A stretch of 64,000 bases of DNA, taken from assembly GCA_963667015.2 (NCBI GenBank), contig CAXXJJ010000004.1, positions 1,280,001 through 1,344,000 of the forward strand. Direction: 5' to 3'. The translations under genes were made by a program, and so were the position numbers. The notes under the pieces are model-generated. The model saw nothing but the letters and a program-made list of their open reading frames with translations, searched no databases and was not told the origin of the DNA. Positions 49,901 to 58,758 of this stretch are shown here, in pieces. Source of the DNA: Desulfatiglandales bacterium (GTDB lineage: Bacteria; Desulfobacterota; DSM-4660; Desulfatiglandales; HGW-15). Positions within the stretch are counted from its first letter, which is position 1. Every line of letters starts with the position of its first letter.

Positions 49901-50467
49901 ATCAAAAGCCTCCTTAAAAATTTTATGAGTGTATACTCTGATTTTCAGTTTCGGGCAGGTATTTAATCGATATTTTATCCAATAACTTAACTGGTTTTGT
50001 AATCTGACAAGTATTATCCCTGACCTTGCGTTTTTTTCAATATAACCGAATCAGTATACACATCTTGCATATTGATTAAAAGCTTTTTTTTAAGTTCTTT
50101 TAATATCAATCCAGACATAACAGTTTGAATATATGGGATATTTAATCAATGGTATAAAGCCGGGGAATAATAGAAAAAACAGTGTCGTATTTTGAATTTT
50201 GCCAAATTAAAATATCTAAAAAGTTTTCCAAAACTGAATCACTTGTTTCTTGAAGGGGAAGGAAAATCGCTTCCTGCAGAATACAACAAACCCGGACACA
50301 TTCCGGATTATGTGTATTCAGGCATTGCAGATTTTATAAATAACACGACAACGTCAGGAGCCCCATAATATTTAAGGAAAACAGGCAATGATTCGCAGGG
50401 GATGGCCATGATTATTTTTCCCTATAATTCATTTTTTCACGGCCGCCCAGTTTTTCACTTATATTCT

Positions 50468-51463
50468 TTAATATCCCAGTTTTCTGTCAACCAGGTTAAT
50501 GAGCGGTTTACCGCTGTAGTAGCGCCTGATGTTATCACAAAAGATGTCCACCAGCCGGTCAACATAGTATGGAGTTCCTGCTGCTATGTGAGGAGTTATT
50601 ATAACATTGGGCAATTCCCACAAAGGCGAGGATTCTTCAAGGGGTTCTTTCTCAAAAACATCCAGTCCGGCCCCGGCTATCCGGCCTTCACGCAATGTTT
50701 TTATCAATTCACCTTCCTTAATCAGCGCTCCCCGGGCGATATTTATAATGTGTGCAGATTTTTTCATCGCGTTTAATTCAGTCGCCCCGATCATACCATC
50801 GGTTTCTTTTGTAGCGGCAGCAGAGATGACAACCCAGTCACAGGCAGGCAGCATTTCCTGCAGCTGGTCCGGTCCGAACATCCTGTCAACAAAGGATGAG
50901 GACCTGTCCGGATTTCGACGCAGACCTAAAACCTTTATGCCCAGGGCTTTTGCTGTTTCGGCTATTTTCTCCCCTATTTTCCCGAATCCAATTACTCCCA
51001 TTGTAGATCCGGACAGCTCCCTGTATTCGGGCAGGTGACGCCACTTTCTATTCATCTGATCTTTAAAATGAACATTCATGTTCCTGCAAAAAGAAAGCAT
51101 GATTGCCAGAACATGTTCGGATACAGGTATTGAGTGAACACCCGATGCATTTGTAATGGCAACATCACTGTCTGCAATATCGGGATCAGCCAGAATCCAG
51201 TCAACTCCGGCTATTGCAACCTGAACCCACTTCAGTTCGGGAAGACTTTTAATCCACTCTTTAATATCTGTCCCAAAAAATATCTCGGTATCAGCGCATC
51301 TGGCTAATTTCTCGTCAGTTTTTTTCTTTGAATCTTTTATTACAATAATATCTGCTTCAGGAGCAGCCGCCCTGATCTTTTCCATATGGCTGTCATTAAG
51401 AGAGTCTTCATTGATTAGAGGATCATAAAATATTCCGATTTTATTAGTGTGTGTCTGTTTCAT
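50468..51463 (-). CDS. D-2-hydroxyacid dehydrogenase
   Basis: ITNASG, GVIGFGKIG, INIARG, GAGLDVFEKEPL, IITPHIA. Confidence 0.92.
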   Translation of the reverse strand: MKQTHTNKIGIFYDPLINEDSLNDSHMEKIRAAAPEADIIVIKDSKKKTDEKLARCADTEIFFGTDIKEWIKSLPELKWVQVAIAGVDWILADPDIADSDVAITNASGVHSIPVSEHVLAIMLSFCRNMNVHFKDQMNRKWRHLPEYRELSGSTMGVIGFGKIGEKIAETAKALGIKVLGLRRNPDRSSSFVDRMFGPDQLQEMLPACDWVVISAAATKETDGMIGATELNAMKKSAHIINIARGALIKEGELIKTLREGRIAGAGLDVFEKEPLEESSPLWELPNVIITPHIAAGTPYYVDRLVDIFCDNIRRYYSGKPLINLVDRKLGY

Positions 51464-51568
51464 ATATCACCTTTACGAAGAAGAAGTTCTTCCCGGCATT
51501 CTTTATTTCCCTGAATAAAATTAATCTCTTCCAGGTCAGGGATTATCCGGAAACAAAAATCGGGACAG

Positions 51569-51597
51569 ATAGTAGCACAAAAGAATTCACCTATCAA
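51569..51597 (-). promoter_or_regulatory. sigma70-type promoter for the D-2-hydroxyacid dehydrogenase
   Basis: Minus strand TTGATA-17 nt-TACTAT with extended -10 TG. Confidence 0.55.
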
Positions 51598-51649
51598 TTT
51601 TATGTCGGCAATATTACTCAAACTAAAAACCTGAAAAGAGGAGAGTGCC

Positions 51650-51745
51650 ATGATCTCCATCAAGGGTAAAAATATAATTTATTTAACCGGAAGAAGGTTC
51701 CGGTCTTTTCCTTTATGGTTGCAACACGGTGCAAAGGTATGGTAG
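51650..51745 (+). CDS. candidate 31-aa leader peptide (uORF) of the ABC-F gene
   Basis: GAGGAG RBS; MISIKGKNIIYLTGRRFRSFPLWLQHGAKVW*; overlaps two hairpins. Confidence 0.35.
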   Translation: MISIKGKNIIYLTGRRFRSFPLWLQHGAKVW

Positions 51746-51782
51746 TTCTGCCATTTTTTTAAGACAGGAAACAACGGCCAAA

Positions 51783-53417
51783 ATGATACATCTTTCAAAC
51801 ATATCCAAACAGTACGGAAACCAGGTCCTTTTTAAAAACGCAAGCTTCCAGATCCTTCAGGGTACCCGAAGCGGCCTTGTGGGTCCTAACGGTGCCGGCA
51901 AGACCACCATTTTCAGGCTCATCACAGGTGAGGAAGAGCCTGATGACGGGGAGATCAGCTTTGCAAAGAAAACCACTATCGGATATTTTTCACAGACAGC
52001 AGGAGAAATGTCAGGCAGATCGGCACTGTCCGAAGTGATGTCTGCGGTTTCGGATGTAGTGGAGCTTGGCCGTGCAATGAAGGAGATGGAAGAGGCCATG
52101 GGAAAACCCATGGATGATGATGCAATGGCCAGCCTGCTTGAAAAATACGGGGAGATCTCAGAGGAATTTGAAAACCGCGGGGGATATGATCTTGAAACCC
52201 GCGCACAGACCATCCTTACAGGCCTGGGAATCGGCCCTGCCGATCACGACCGCCCGGTAGAGTCATTCAGCGGCGGATGGAAAATGCGTATTTCGCTGGC
52301 AAAAATACTGACTGTAAACCCCAATGTACTTCTGCTTGATGAACCCACAAATCATCTGGACATTGAGTCCATCATATGGCTGGAAGAGTGGCTGGTGACC
52401 GATTTTAAAGGTTCTCTCCTCATGACCTGCCATGACCATGATTTCATGAACAGGATAGTATCCCGGATTGTTGAAGTTGCAAATAAAACCATAACAATGT
52501 ACAGCGGTAATTACGATTTCTATGTCAGGGAGAGGGATATCCGGATGGAACAGCTTCTTGCCAGCCACAGGCGTCAGCAGGAGATGCTGGCAAAGGAAGA
52601 GGAGTTTATTGCACGGTTCAAGGCAAGGGCATCTCATGCCGCACAGGTCCAGTCCCGTATCAAAAAAATTGAAAAGATTGAGCGCATAGAAATACCCGAA
52701 TACCAGAAGGTCATAAGGTTTGAATTCAGAGAAACTCCCAGATCGGGTGAAGATGTCGCATCCTTTGAAAATCTTTCTAAAACCTGGGAGACACCGGGAA
52801 GAGAGCCAAAAACCGTTTTCAGCAATCTGTCAGGACTTGTCAGGCGGCAGGATAAAATTGCTGTTGCAGGTGTAAACGGTGCAGGTAAATCCACCTTCCT
52901 AAAACTCCTTGCCGGACAGACCGAACCTACATCAGGAACTGTCAAAACAGGTGCAAGCGTCAATACGGGTTATTTCAGTCAGCATGCAATGGACCTTCTC
53001 ACTCCCGATAAAACCGTACTTGAAACCCTTCAGGAAACACTGCCCACTGAAAATATGGGGGTAATAAGAAACCTGCTCGCATCCTTTCTTTTTTCCGGAA
53101 ATTCGGTTGATAAAAAAATAAAGAGTCTTTCAGGCGGAGAAAAAAGCAGGGTGGTCCTTGCGACTCTCCTGGCAAAGCCGGTCAACTTTCTAATCCTGGA
53201 TGAACCTACAAACCACCTTGATATACAGTCCAGGGAAATCCTTCTGCGTATTCTACAGGAATTTTCAGGAACAATCCTGCTGGTAAGCCATGACAGATTT
53301 TTTCTCCGGTCACTGGTAAACCAGGTTTTTGAAATCGATCATGGAGAAATGACCGCCTATAAAGGGAGTTACGAATACTATCTTTCAAAAACCGGAAGAG
53401 ACCATAGAGCTGTATAA
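51783..53417 (+). CDS. ABC-F family ATP-binding cassette protein (ribosome-associated)
   Basis: Two NBDs (GPNGAGKTT/FSGGW/LDEPTNHLD; GVNGAGKST/LSGGEK/LDEPTNHLD), linker YSGNYDFY...QSRIK, no TM; start 51783. Confidence 0.93.
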   Translation: MIHLSNISKQYGNQVLFKNASFQILQGTRSGLVGPNGAGKTTIFRLITGEEEPDDGEISFAKKTTIGYFSQTAGEMSGRSALSEVMSAVSDVVELGRAMKEMEEAMGKPMDDDAMASLLEKYGEISEEFENRGGYDLETRAQTILTGLGIGPADHDRPVESFSGGWKMRISLAKILTVNPNVLLLDEPTNHLDIESIIWLEEWLVTDFKGSLLMTCHDHDFMNRIVSRIVEVANKTITMYSGNYDFYVRERDIRMEQLLASHRRQQEMLAKEEEFIARFKARASHAAQVQSRIKKIEKIERIEIPEYQKVIRFEFRETPRSGEDVASFENLSKTWETPGREPKTVFSNLSGLVRRQDKIAVAGVNGAGKSTFLKLLAGQTEPTSGTVKTGASVNTGYFSQHAMDLLTPDKTVLETLQETLPTENMGVIRNLLASFLFSGNSVDKKIKSLSGGEKSRVVLATLLAKPVNFLILDEPTNHLDIQSREILLRILQEFSGTILLVSHDRFFLRSLVNQVFEIDHGEMTAYKGSYEYYLSKTGRDHRAV

Positions 53418-53750
53418 AAGAAATGCCTTATTCAGGTTAATTTATGTCCATGGGAAAGTAAGCTGCTTTTGTCTATAAGATGAGGAACTTAAACCAGGTC
53501 AATTTAAATCAGCAGGTGTTCGTTCAGTGGTTTTTGCCGGAATTACAAACTGTTCAGCCACATATAGCATACCACCCTGCGAAAAACCTCTGTTAATGAC
53601 GAAGGGCGGAGTTTTGCACCCCGCCGAATTATCTATCATGCACTGATCTAATCGGACTACTGAATCACTGTTTTTCAGGATATCCAAAGCGGGAACCGCT
53701 TTCGTGCGAGGCATGTTAACATCCTGATCATCAACATTCCATGTATTTCA

Positions 53751-54077
53751 TTATTCTATATTTGCCCCTACAACAGCAGCCATCTGCATCATATCGATGG
53801 TTTCTCCTTCTTTTAAACCGGTAAAATCTGTGACTTTTCCGGTTTTACTTGTTGATTTCGTGTTTTTAAAAACCGGAAGCAATTTAGCATCAGCCACAAT
53901 ATATTTACCGGCATTCTCAGGTTTGCCATTCTCAGTTTTAGTCTGGAGTTTATTAGCCTTAATATACTCCCATAGCTTTTTAGTGATCTCTGTTCGTGGA
54001 AGTTCTGTCTCACCCAGAAGTTCTTTTAATTCTTTTTTAAGCTTTACCGGCTTCTTTAGTCCTTTAGCTTCTTCCAT
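53751..54077 (-). CDS. SWIB/MDM2 domain protein
   Basis: GLKKPVKL...LKELLG..ELPRTEITKKLWEYIKANKLQ...IVADAKL..VF...IDMMQM. Confidence 0.8.
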   Translation of the reverse strand: MEEAKGLKKPVKLKKELKELLGETELPRTEITKKLWEYIKANKLQTKTENGKPENAGKYIVADAKLLPVFKNTKSTSKTGKVTDFTGLKEGETIDMMQMAAVVGANIE

Positions 54078-54284
54078 TTTATTTCCTTTGCATTTTAAAT
54101 TAAAAAATTAAAGCCTTTCCCTCCCGATACAATTATGGTAACAGGCTTCCAAATAAGTTTGTGAACTTATATTACTCTTTTTTCCTTAAAACTACAGTTT
54201 TTATATTTTAACCTGTTTTTATTTTTTTTTAATCCTGTTTGACATTTCACCTCTATTAGACCAGACTAAGTCATAATTAGTGTA

Positions 54285-54427
54285 CATCCGGAAAGAGTAA
54301 TTTCCGGATGAAGCTTTCAGAGGTCAGCCAGGTCTTTGATTTTAATACTTTAGGTGAAAGCTGATGGCTGACAATAACGTGATGCGCAGCGCCGGGTTAT
54401 AGACCATGACAGGACAAACCTGGCGTT
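54285..54427 (+). ncRNA. candidate structured cis-regulatory leader RNA
   Basis: 10-bp hairpin 54285-54310; crossing 8-bp helices 54312-19/54355-62 and 54323-30/54365-72; 9-bp helix 54390-98/54417-25; TTGACA at 54239. Confidence 0.5.
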
Positions 54428-54477
54428 ATATTTTAATGCCGGCACCATTCACATTTAAATTGGAGCAGGGAGGATAT

Positions 54478-54645
54478 ATGGGAAAACCAAATTATTCATT
54501 TCAAAAACGAAAAAAAGAGCTTGATAAAAAGAAAAAAAAGGAAGAAAAGCGTCAAAAAAAACTGGCCAGGGATAATGAAGAAACTCAGGTTGAACAGACC
54601 CCTGCAGCAGATGCTCAGGACACAACTGCTGATAATATAGAATAA
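54478..54645 (+). CDS. small Lys-rich protein (55 aa)
   Basis: GGGAGG RBS; MGKPNYSFQKRKKELDKKKKKEEKRQKK with an acidic tail. Confidence 0.8.
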   Translation: MGKPNYSFQKRKKELDKKKKKEEKRQKKLARDNEETQVEQTPAADAQDTTADNIE

Positions 54646-54687
54646 AAACAGGGTGTAAGGATAATTATTAAATAAAAGGACTTACCT

Positions 54688-55167
54688 ATGACCAATAATG
54701 ATATCCTGCAAAGTATCTGTGAGATCTTCGACTACAATGATTCGGAAAGAATCAGCATATTCAGTCTTGCAGATCACGAGGTAACCCTGGAGCAGGTCAG
54801 CGCCTGGTTAAAGAATAATGATGACCCTGAATATCAGAAATGCAGTGAAACTCAGCTGGCCATTTTCCTAAACGGCCTGATCAACTATAAACGAGGTAAA
54901 AAAGAGGGCGCTCAGCCTGAATTAAAAAAGCGTTTGACTAACAATGCCATCTTTGTGAAATTAAAAATCGCATTGGACCTTAAGGCCGATGATATTCAGG
55001 CGATTATGGCCCTTACAAATATAAGCCTGAGCAAACATGAGTTGAGCGCACTTTTTCGTAAGCCGGGTCATAAACACTACCGTTTCTGTGATGATGAGGT
55101 CCTGGAAGAATTCCTGAAAGGTGTTCGGCTTAAATACCGGCCTGAAATCCAATTAAAAGATCTATAG
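54688..55167 (+). CDS. DUF1456 (YehS) family protein
   Basis: MTNNDIL...FLNGLI..KRG...LTNN.I..KLKIAL...SKHELSALFRK..HKHYR.C.D. Confidence 0.85.
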   Translation: MTNNDILQSICEIFDYNDSERISIFSLADHEVTLEQVSAWLKNNDDPEYQKCSETQLAIFLNGLINYKRGKKEGAQPELKKRLTNNAIFVKLKIALDLKADDIQAIMALTNISLSKHELSALFRKPGHKHYRFCDDEVLEEFLKGVRLKYRPEIQLKDL

Positions 55168-55210
55168 AATATTTATACAAACATACAGAGAGATAGCTCA
55201 GGGTTATTAA

Positions 55211-56629
55211 ATGTCATTCGATCAACTCGGCCTCAGGCCTGAACTGCTAAAAGCAATTAAAAGCAAGGGGTATACCTCCCCTACCCCGGTTCAAACCAGG
55301 GCCATTCCAGTTATTCTTGAGGGGCAGGACATCCTTGCCCGCGCCCAGACCGGAACCGGAAAAACAGATGCATTTGCCCTGCCGATAGTCGAAATTCTAA
55401 GCCGCAAAAAAGGCAGTGAACGCCACCCGCGCGCACTTGTGCTTACACCCACACGTGAACTGGCGCTCCAGGTGGGAGAGAGTATCAAGGCCTATGCAAG
55501 AAGAGTCTCCCTAAGATGTACTGTTGTACACGGCGGGGTTAGAATCGATCCGCAGATAGACCGGTTGAAGCGGGGTGTTGACATACTTGTTGCAACACCT
55601 GGACGCCTGCTGGATCTCGCAGGGATGAGACATTTTAAACTCTCCCAGGTAGTATTTCTGGTTTTTGATGAAGCGGATAGAATGCTGGATCTGGGATTCA
55701 GTGAAGACATCGCCCAGATTCTTGAGTTTATTCCTGCTGAGCGCAGAACCATGCTGTTTTCCGCCACATATACAAAGCAGATCCGGGAACTTGCTGATAA
55801 AATGCTGGTAAACCCGAAACAGATAGAGGTAACGCCTAACAATACTGCGGCAGAATCTGTAATTCAGAAGGTTCACATGGTGGATCAGTCAAACAAAGAA
55901 GCCCTGCTGACTCACCTGATTAAAAGTGGGAACTGGGGCCGTACACTGGTCTTCATGCGTACAAAACGAGGGGCCGACAAACTCATGGATAAACTCGCCT
56001 CACAAAATATAAGTGTTGCGGTCATGCATGGAAACAAGAGCCAGTCTCTTCGAATGAAAACCCTTGAGGCATTTAAAAATGACGAAATCCGCATTCTTGT
56101 GGCGACAGATGTGGCTGCAAGGGGGCTGGACATCAGTGATCTGCCATATGTAGTTAACTACGATATTCCGACTATCCCGGAAGACTATGTTCACCGCATA
56201 GGCAGAACCGGGCGCGCGGGTGTAAGCGGCATTGCGGTCTCCCTTGTCAGCAGGAGTGAAAAAGCTCATCTTAAGGCCATTGAAAAACTGATTAATCAGA
56301 AGATCCCGGTTGAAAAGGTTGCCGGTTATACCGAGGACAGTGAGCTTATGGGACTTCTGAACCTGGGATCAAAAAATGCACCGATGGACAAAGAGGTGGA
56401 AAAGGCTGTAAAGGAATATGCCGCCCGAAAGAACGCACAAAAACAGAAGAGTGATAAAGGTAAATCCAAAACTAAGGATTCAGGAAAAAGTACAAGACCT
56501 GAATCGAAAAAACGATCCGACAGAAAAAGCAGTAAAACAGCACAGAAGCCCCCCACATCCAGATCACGCTCAAGGCAATCTTCAATGCAGGGGAAACCCG
56601 GTAAAGTAACCAGGCGGGGTAAGTCCTGA
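55211..56629 (+). CDS. DEAD-box RNA helicase (RhlE-like)
   Basis: AQTGTGKT, PTRELA, TPGRL, DEAD, SAT, ARGLD, HRIGRTGR; basic C-tail. Confidence 0.95.
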   Translation: MSFDQLGLRPELLKAIKSKGYTSPTPVQTRAIPVILEGQDILARAQTGTGKTDAFALPIVEILSRKKGSERHPRALVLTPTRELALQVGESIKAYARRVSLRCTVVHGGVRIDPQIDRLKRGVDILVATPGRLLDLAGMRHFKLSQVVFLVFDEADRMLDLGFSEDIAQILEFIPAERRTMLFSATYTKQIRELADKMLVNPKQIEVTPNNTAAESVIQKVHMVDQSNKEALLTHLIKSGNWGRTLVFMRTKRGADKLMDKLASQNISVAVMHGNKSQSLRMKTLEAFKNDEIRILVATDVAARGLDISDLPYVVNYDIPTIPEDYVHRIGRTGRAGVSGIAVSLVSRSEKAHLKAIEKLINQKIPVEKVAGYTEDSELMGLLNLGSKNAPMDKEVEKAVKEYAARKNAQKQKSDKGKSKTKDSGKSTRPESKKRSDRKSSKTAQKPPTSRSRSRQSSMQGKPGKVTRRGKS

Positions 56630-56755
56630 CACAGGGCGAATATAGGGAATTATAAATAAAATATTTTCACCGGGACTGGCCGGCAACCCGCGTCCCCTGC
56701 CCTACAATCATTTTAATAACCTGCTGATACTTTTGCAGAAAGCCTGAAAAATGAG

Positions 56756-57181
56756 ATGGCCGAAGATGATTGCAGCACCGTTGTCAGGGGAACAGAGGAA
56801 GATATATCTAAACTGGAAACCGCAGAATATGATGAAATGGCGATCATTAAGGAAAAGGGTCTTGTAGCCTATATCATGGAACAGCACGCAAAGAGAGTAA
56901 GAGAAGAGGTTATAGCCCTTCTGGGAGTAACAGAAGGGGAACTGGCAGAGATGTCACCTGAGCAGAGATCTGCAATTGAAAAACGAATCGTCGAGGAAAC
57001 AAAAAAACGCCTGGAAGCTGAATCATGCATGCAAAAAAATAATACTAATCCGGGTGCAGTTAAAACAGTGGACATCTTATCGGTTCTGAATGAAGGTATT
57101 GATTCAAGAGCTAAAGAAGTTAAAAATCCCTCCCTTTTTAATGCAATTGAAAAAGATGACAATGAGTTAATTTTTTCCTGA
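56756..57181 (+). CDS. hypothetical protein, probably 5'-truncated
   Basis: Protein-like frame continues upstream (PADTFAESLKNE) to tandem TAA; no RBS. Confidence 0.5.
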   Translation: MAEDDCSTVVRGTEEDISKLETAEYDEMAIIKEKGLVAYIMEQHAKRVREEVIALLGVTEGELAEMSPEQRSAIEKRIVEETKKRLEAESCMQKNNTNPGAVKTVDILSVLNEGIDSRAKEVKNPSLFNAIEKDDNELIFS

Positions 57182-57360
57182 GATAGGAAGAATTTGCCTC
57201 ATATTAGGTTCTGCAGGCAAGGTAAATTCCCACTGTTTTTAACGCAGGGTCTAATACCTCGCCTACTATTTGATTACGGTTCTATTGCTGGCACTGTCTG
57301 TTTTGTTAAATTATACTCTTATAACTGAAAAGAGCTGTTTAAATCTAAAAAACAGGGTTA

Positions 57361-57579
57361 TTATTCACGAATGACCCTGAATATCGTGATCCCCAAAAAA
57401 AGACCCGCCTGCCCGAGAAGGATACCAATAATACCGGCATGGAGCAAAGCACGGAGTAACAGTGAAATCACAACCGACAGCACAACCCAGAGAACAGTTG
57501 AACTGCCATCCAACTTTGCCCCCCTGTAAAAGAAAATCGCAGATGCAATTATAGCTATAATCGTAAATGAATCGAACAT
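57361..57579 (-). CDS. small membrane protein
   Basis: 72 aa, three hydrophobic stretches; RBS AGAGGA; follows the SPFH gene. Confidence 0.7.
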   Translation of the reverse strand: MFDSFTIIAIIASAIFFYRGAKLDGSSTVLWVVLSVVISLLLRALLHAGIIGILLGQAGLFLGITIFRVIRE

Positions 57580-57597
57580 GTAGTTAATACATCCTCT

Positions 57598-58509
57598 TTA
57601 CCGCTGGAGCTTGGAGCTGGCAGTTATGGCCTTTATGATCTCCTGGGAAATACCATCCATACCCCCGGGAGAAGAAGGAATCATAATAACATTTGACTGT
57701 GAAGATCCTCCCACATCTTTCAGCATATCAAAATATTGAGTCATAAGCACAAGGCTCATTACATCCTGAGCCGTTGATCCCTCAACAGCCTGTGAAAATG
57801 CTTCAACCGAATCCTTTAATCCGTCAACAATGGCCTTTCTCTGCTCCGCAATACCCTGCCCCTGCAGTTTCTTTGATTCGGCCTCGGCCTCGGCTTCCTT
57901 AACCCGCAGGATCTTATCGGCCTCTCCCTTTTCTGCAGCAGCAATACGAAGACGCCTTTGTGCATTGATCTCGTTCATGGATTCCTTAACCTTGGCATCA
58001 GGATCTATATCTGTTACAAGCGCCTGAACTATCAAATAACCAAAATCATCCATTGTCTCTTTCAGTTCCCTCTTAATAGCGCTTGCAATTTCTTCCTTCT
58101 TTTCAAATACATCATCAAGGTCCAGTGTCGGGACATTTGCACGTACAACATCAAAAACATATGAAGTTATCTGTGGTTCAGGACTTTCGAGTTTATAAAA
58201 AGCCTCAAAGGCCTTTTCTTTTATGATGTGATACTGAACAGATACCTTTACGTTTACAAAAACATTATCCCTGGTTTTTGTTTCAACAGGCACATCAAGC
58301 TGTTGTATTCTAAAGGTGGCTTTACCGGCCACCCAGTCAATAAAAGGTATTTTAAAATTAAGCCCCGGGGAACATATTTTATTGAACTTCCCAAACCTTT
58401 CTACAACCTTGAATGTCTGCTGTTCTACGGTAAATAAAGCAAAAGAAACTAAAATAATTAAAAAAATAAAAGAAAATATTGCAGCTGTTACAATAATCGG
58501 AACCGGCAT
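57598..58509 (-). CDS. SPFH/band 7 domain protein
   Basis: TM anchor, VVERFGKF, PGLNFKIPFID, ETKTRDNVFV, LVTDIDPD, LMTQYFD. Confidence 0.92.
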   Translation of the reverse strand: MPVPIIVTAAIFSFIFLIILVSFALFTVEQQTFKVVERFGKFNKICSPGLNFKIPFIDWVAGKATFRIQQLDVPVETKTRDNVFVNVKVSVQYHIIKEKAFEAFYKLESPEPQITSYVFDVVRANVPTLDLDDVFEKKEEIASAIKRELKETMDDFGYLIVQALVTDIDPDAKVKESMNEINAQRRLRIAAAEKGEADKILRVKEAEAEAESKKLQGQGIAEQRKAIVDGLKDSVEAFSQAVEGSTAQDVMSLVLMTQYFDMLKDVGGSSQSNVIMIPSSPGGMDGISQEIIKAITASSKLQR

Positions 58510-58758
58510 TTTAATTCTCCTTTTTAAAAGTTTGTATAAAAAACCTGATAATGTGCAATTTATTCATATACCGCAAAAATAACCACAAAAAATATCCTAT
58601 GAAGTTTCTGTAATTTTCATCATCACAACTTAAGAGATATGGAATAGCTCACAACTGTATGAGAGATGTCAGGCCTCCTGGCCGCATCAGCCGTGATTAA
58701 CGATTCCGTATGTAAACATCTTGAATTTTTCCGGTAAAAATCCTAAAAGTTATGGATT

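Noticed and set aside
49901..50100. Moco/tungsten-cofactor riboswitch upstream of aor
   Set aside because: The conserved motif elements and multi-stem junction could not be found by eye.
51460..51663. 67-aa ORF with ferredoxin-like CATICPD
   Set aside because: It lacks the first CxxC of the motif, and the segment coincides with a TTGATA-17-TACTAT promoter; likely chance.
53499..53714. 71-aa minus-strand ORF downstream of the SWIB gene
   Set aside because: No RBS or recognisable motif; it overlaps small hairpins in a convergent intergenic region.
54312..54372. HDV-like or hammerhead ribozyme reading of the crossing helices
   Set aside because: There is no P3/P1.1/P4 arrangement (only 2 nt between A' and B'), and CTGATGG does not fit CUGANGA followed by GAAA.
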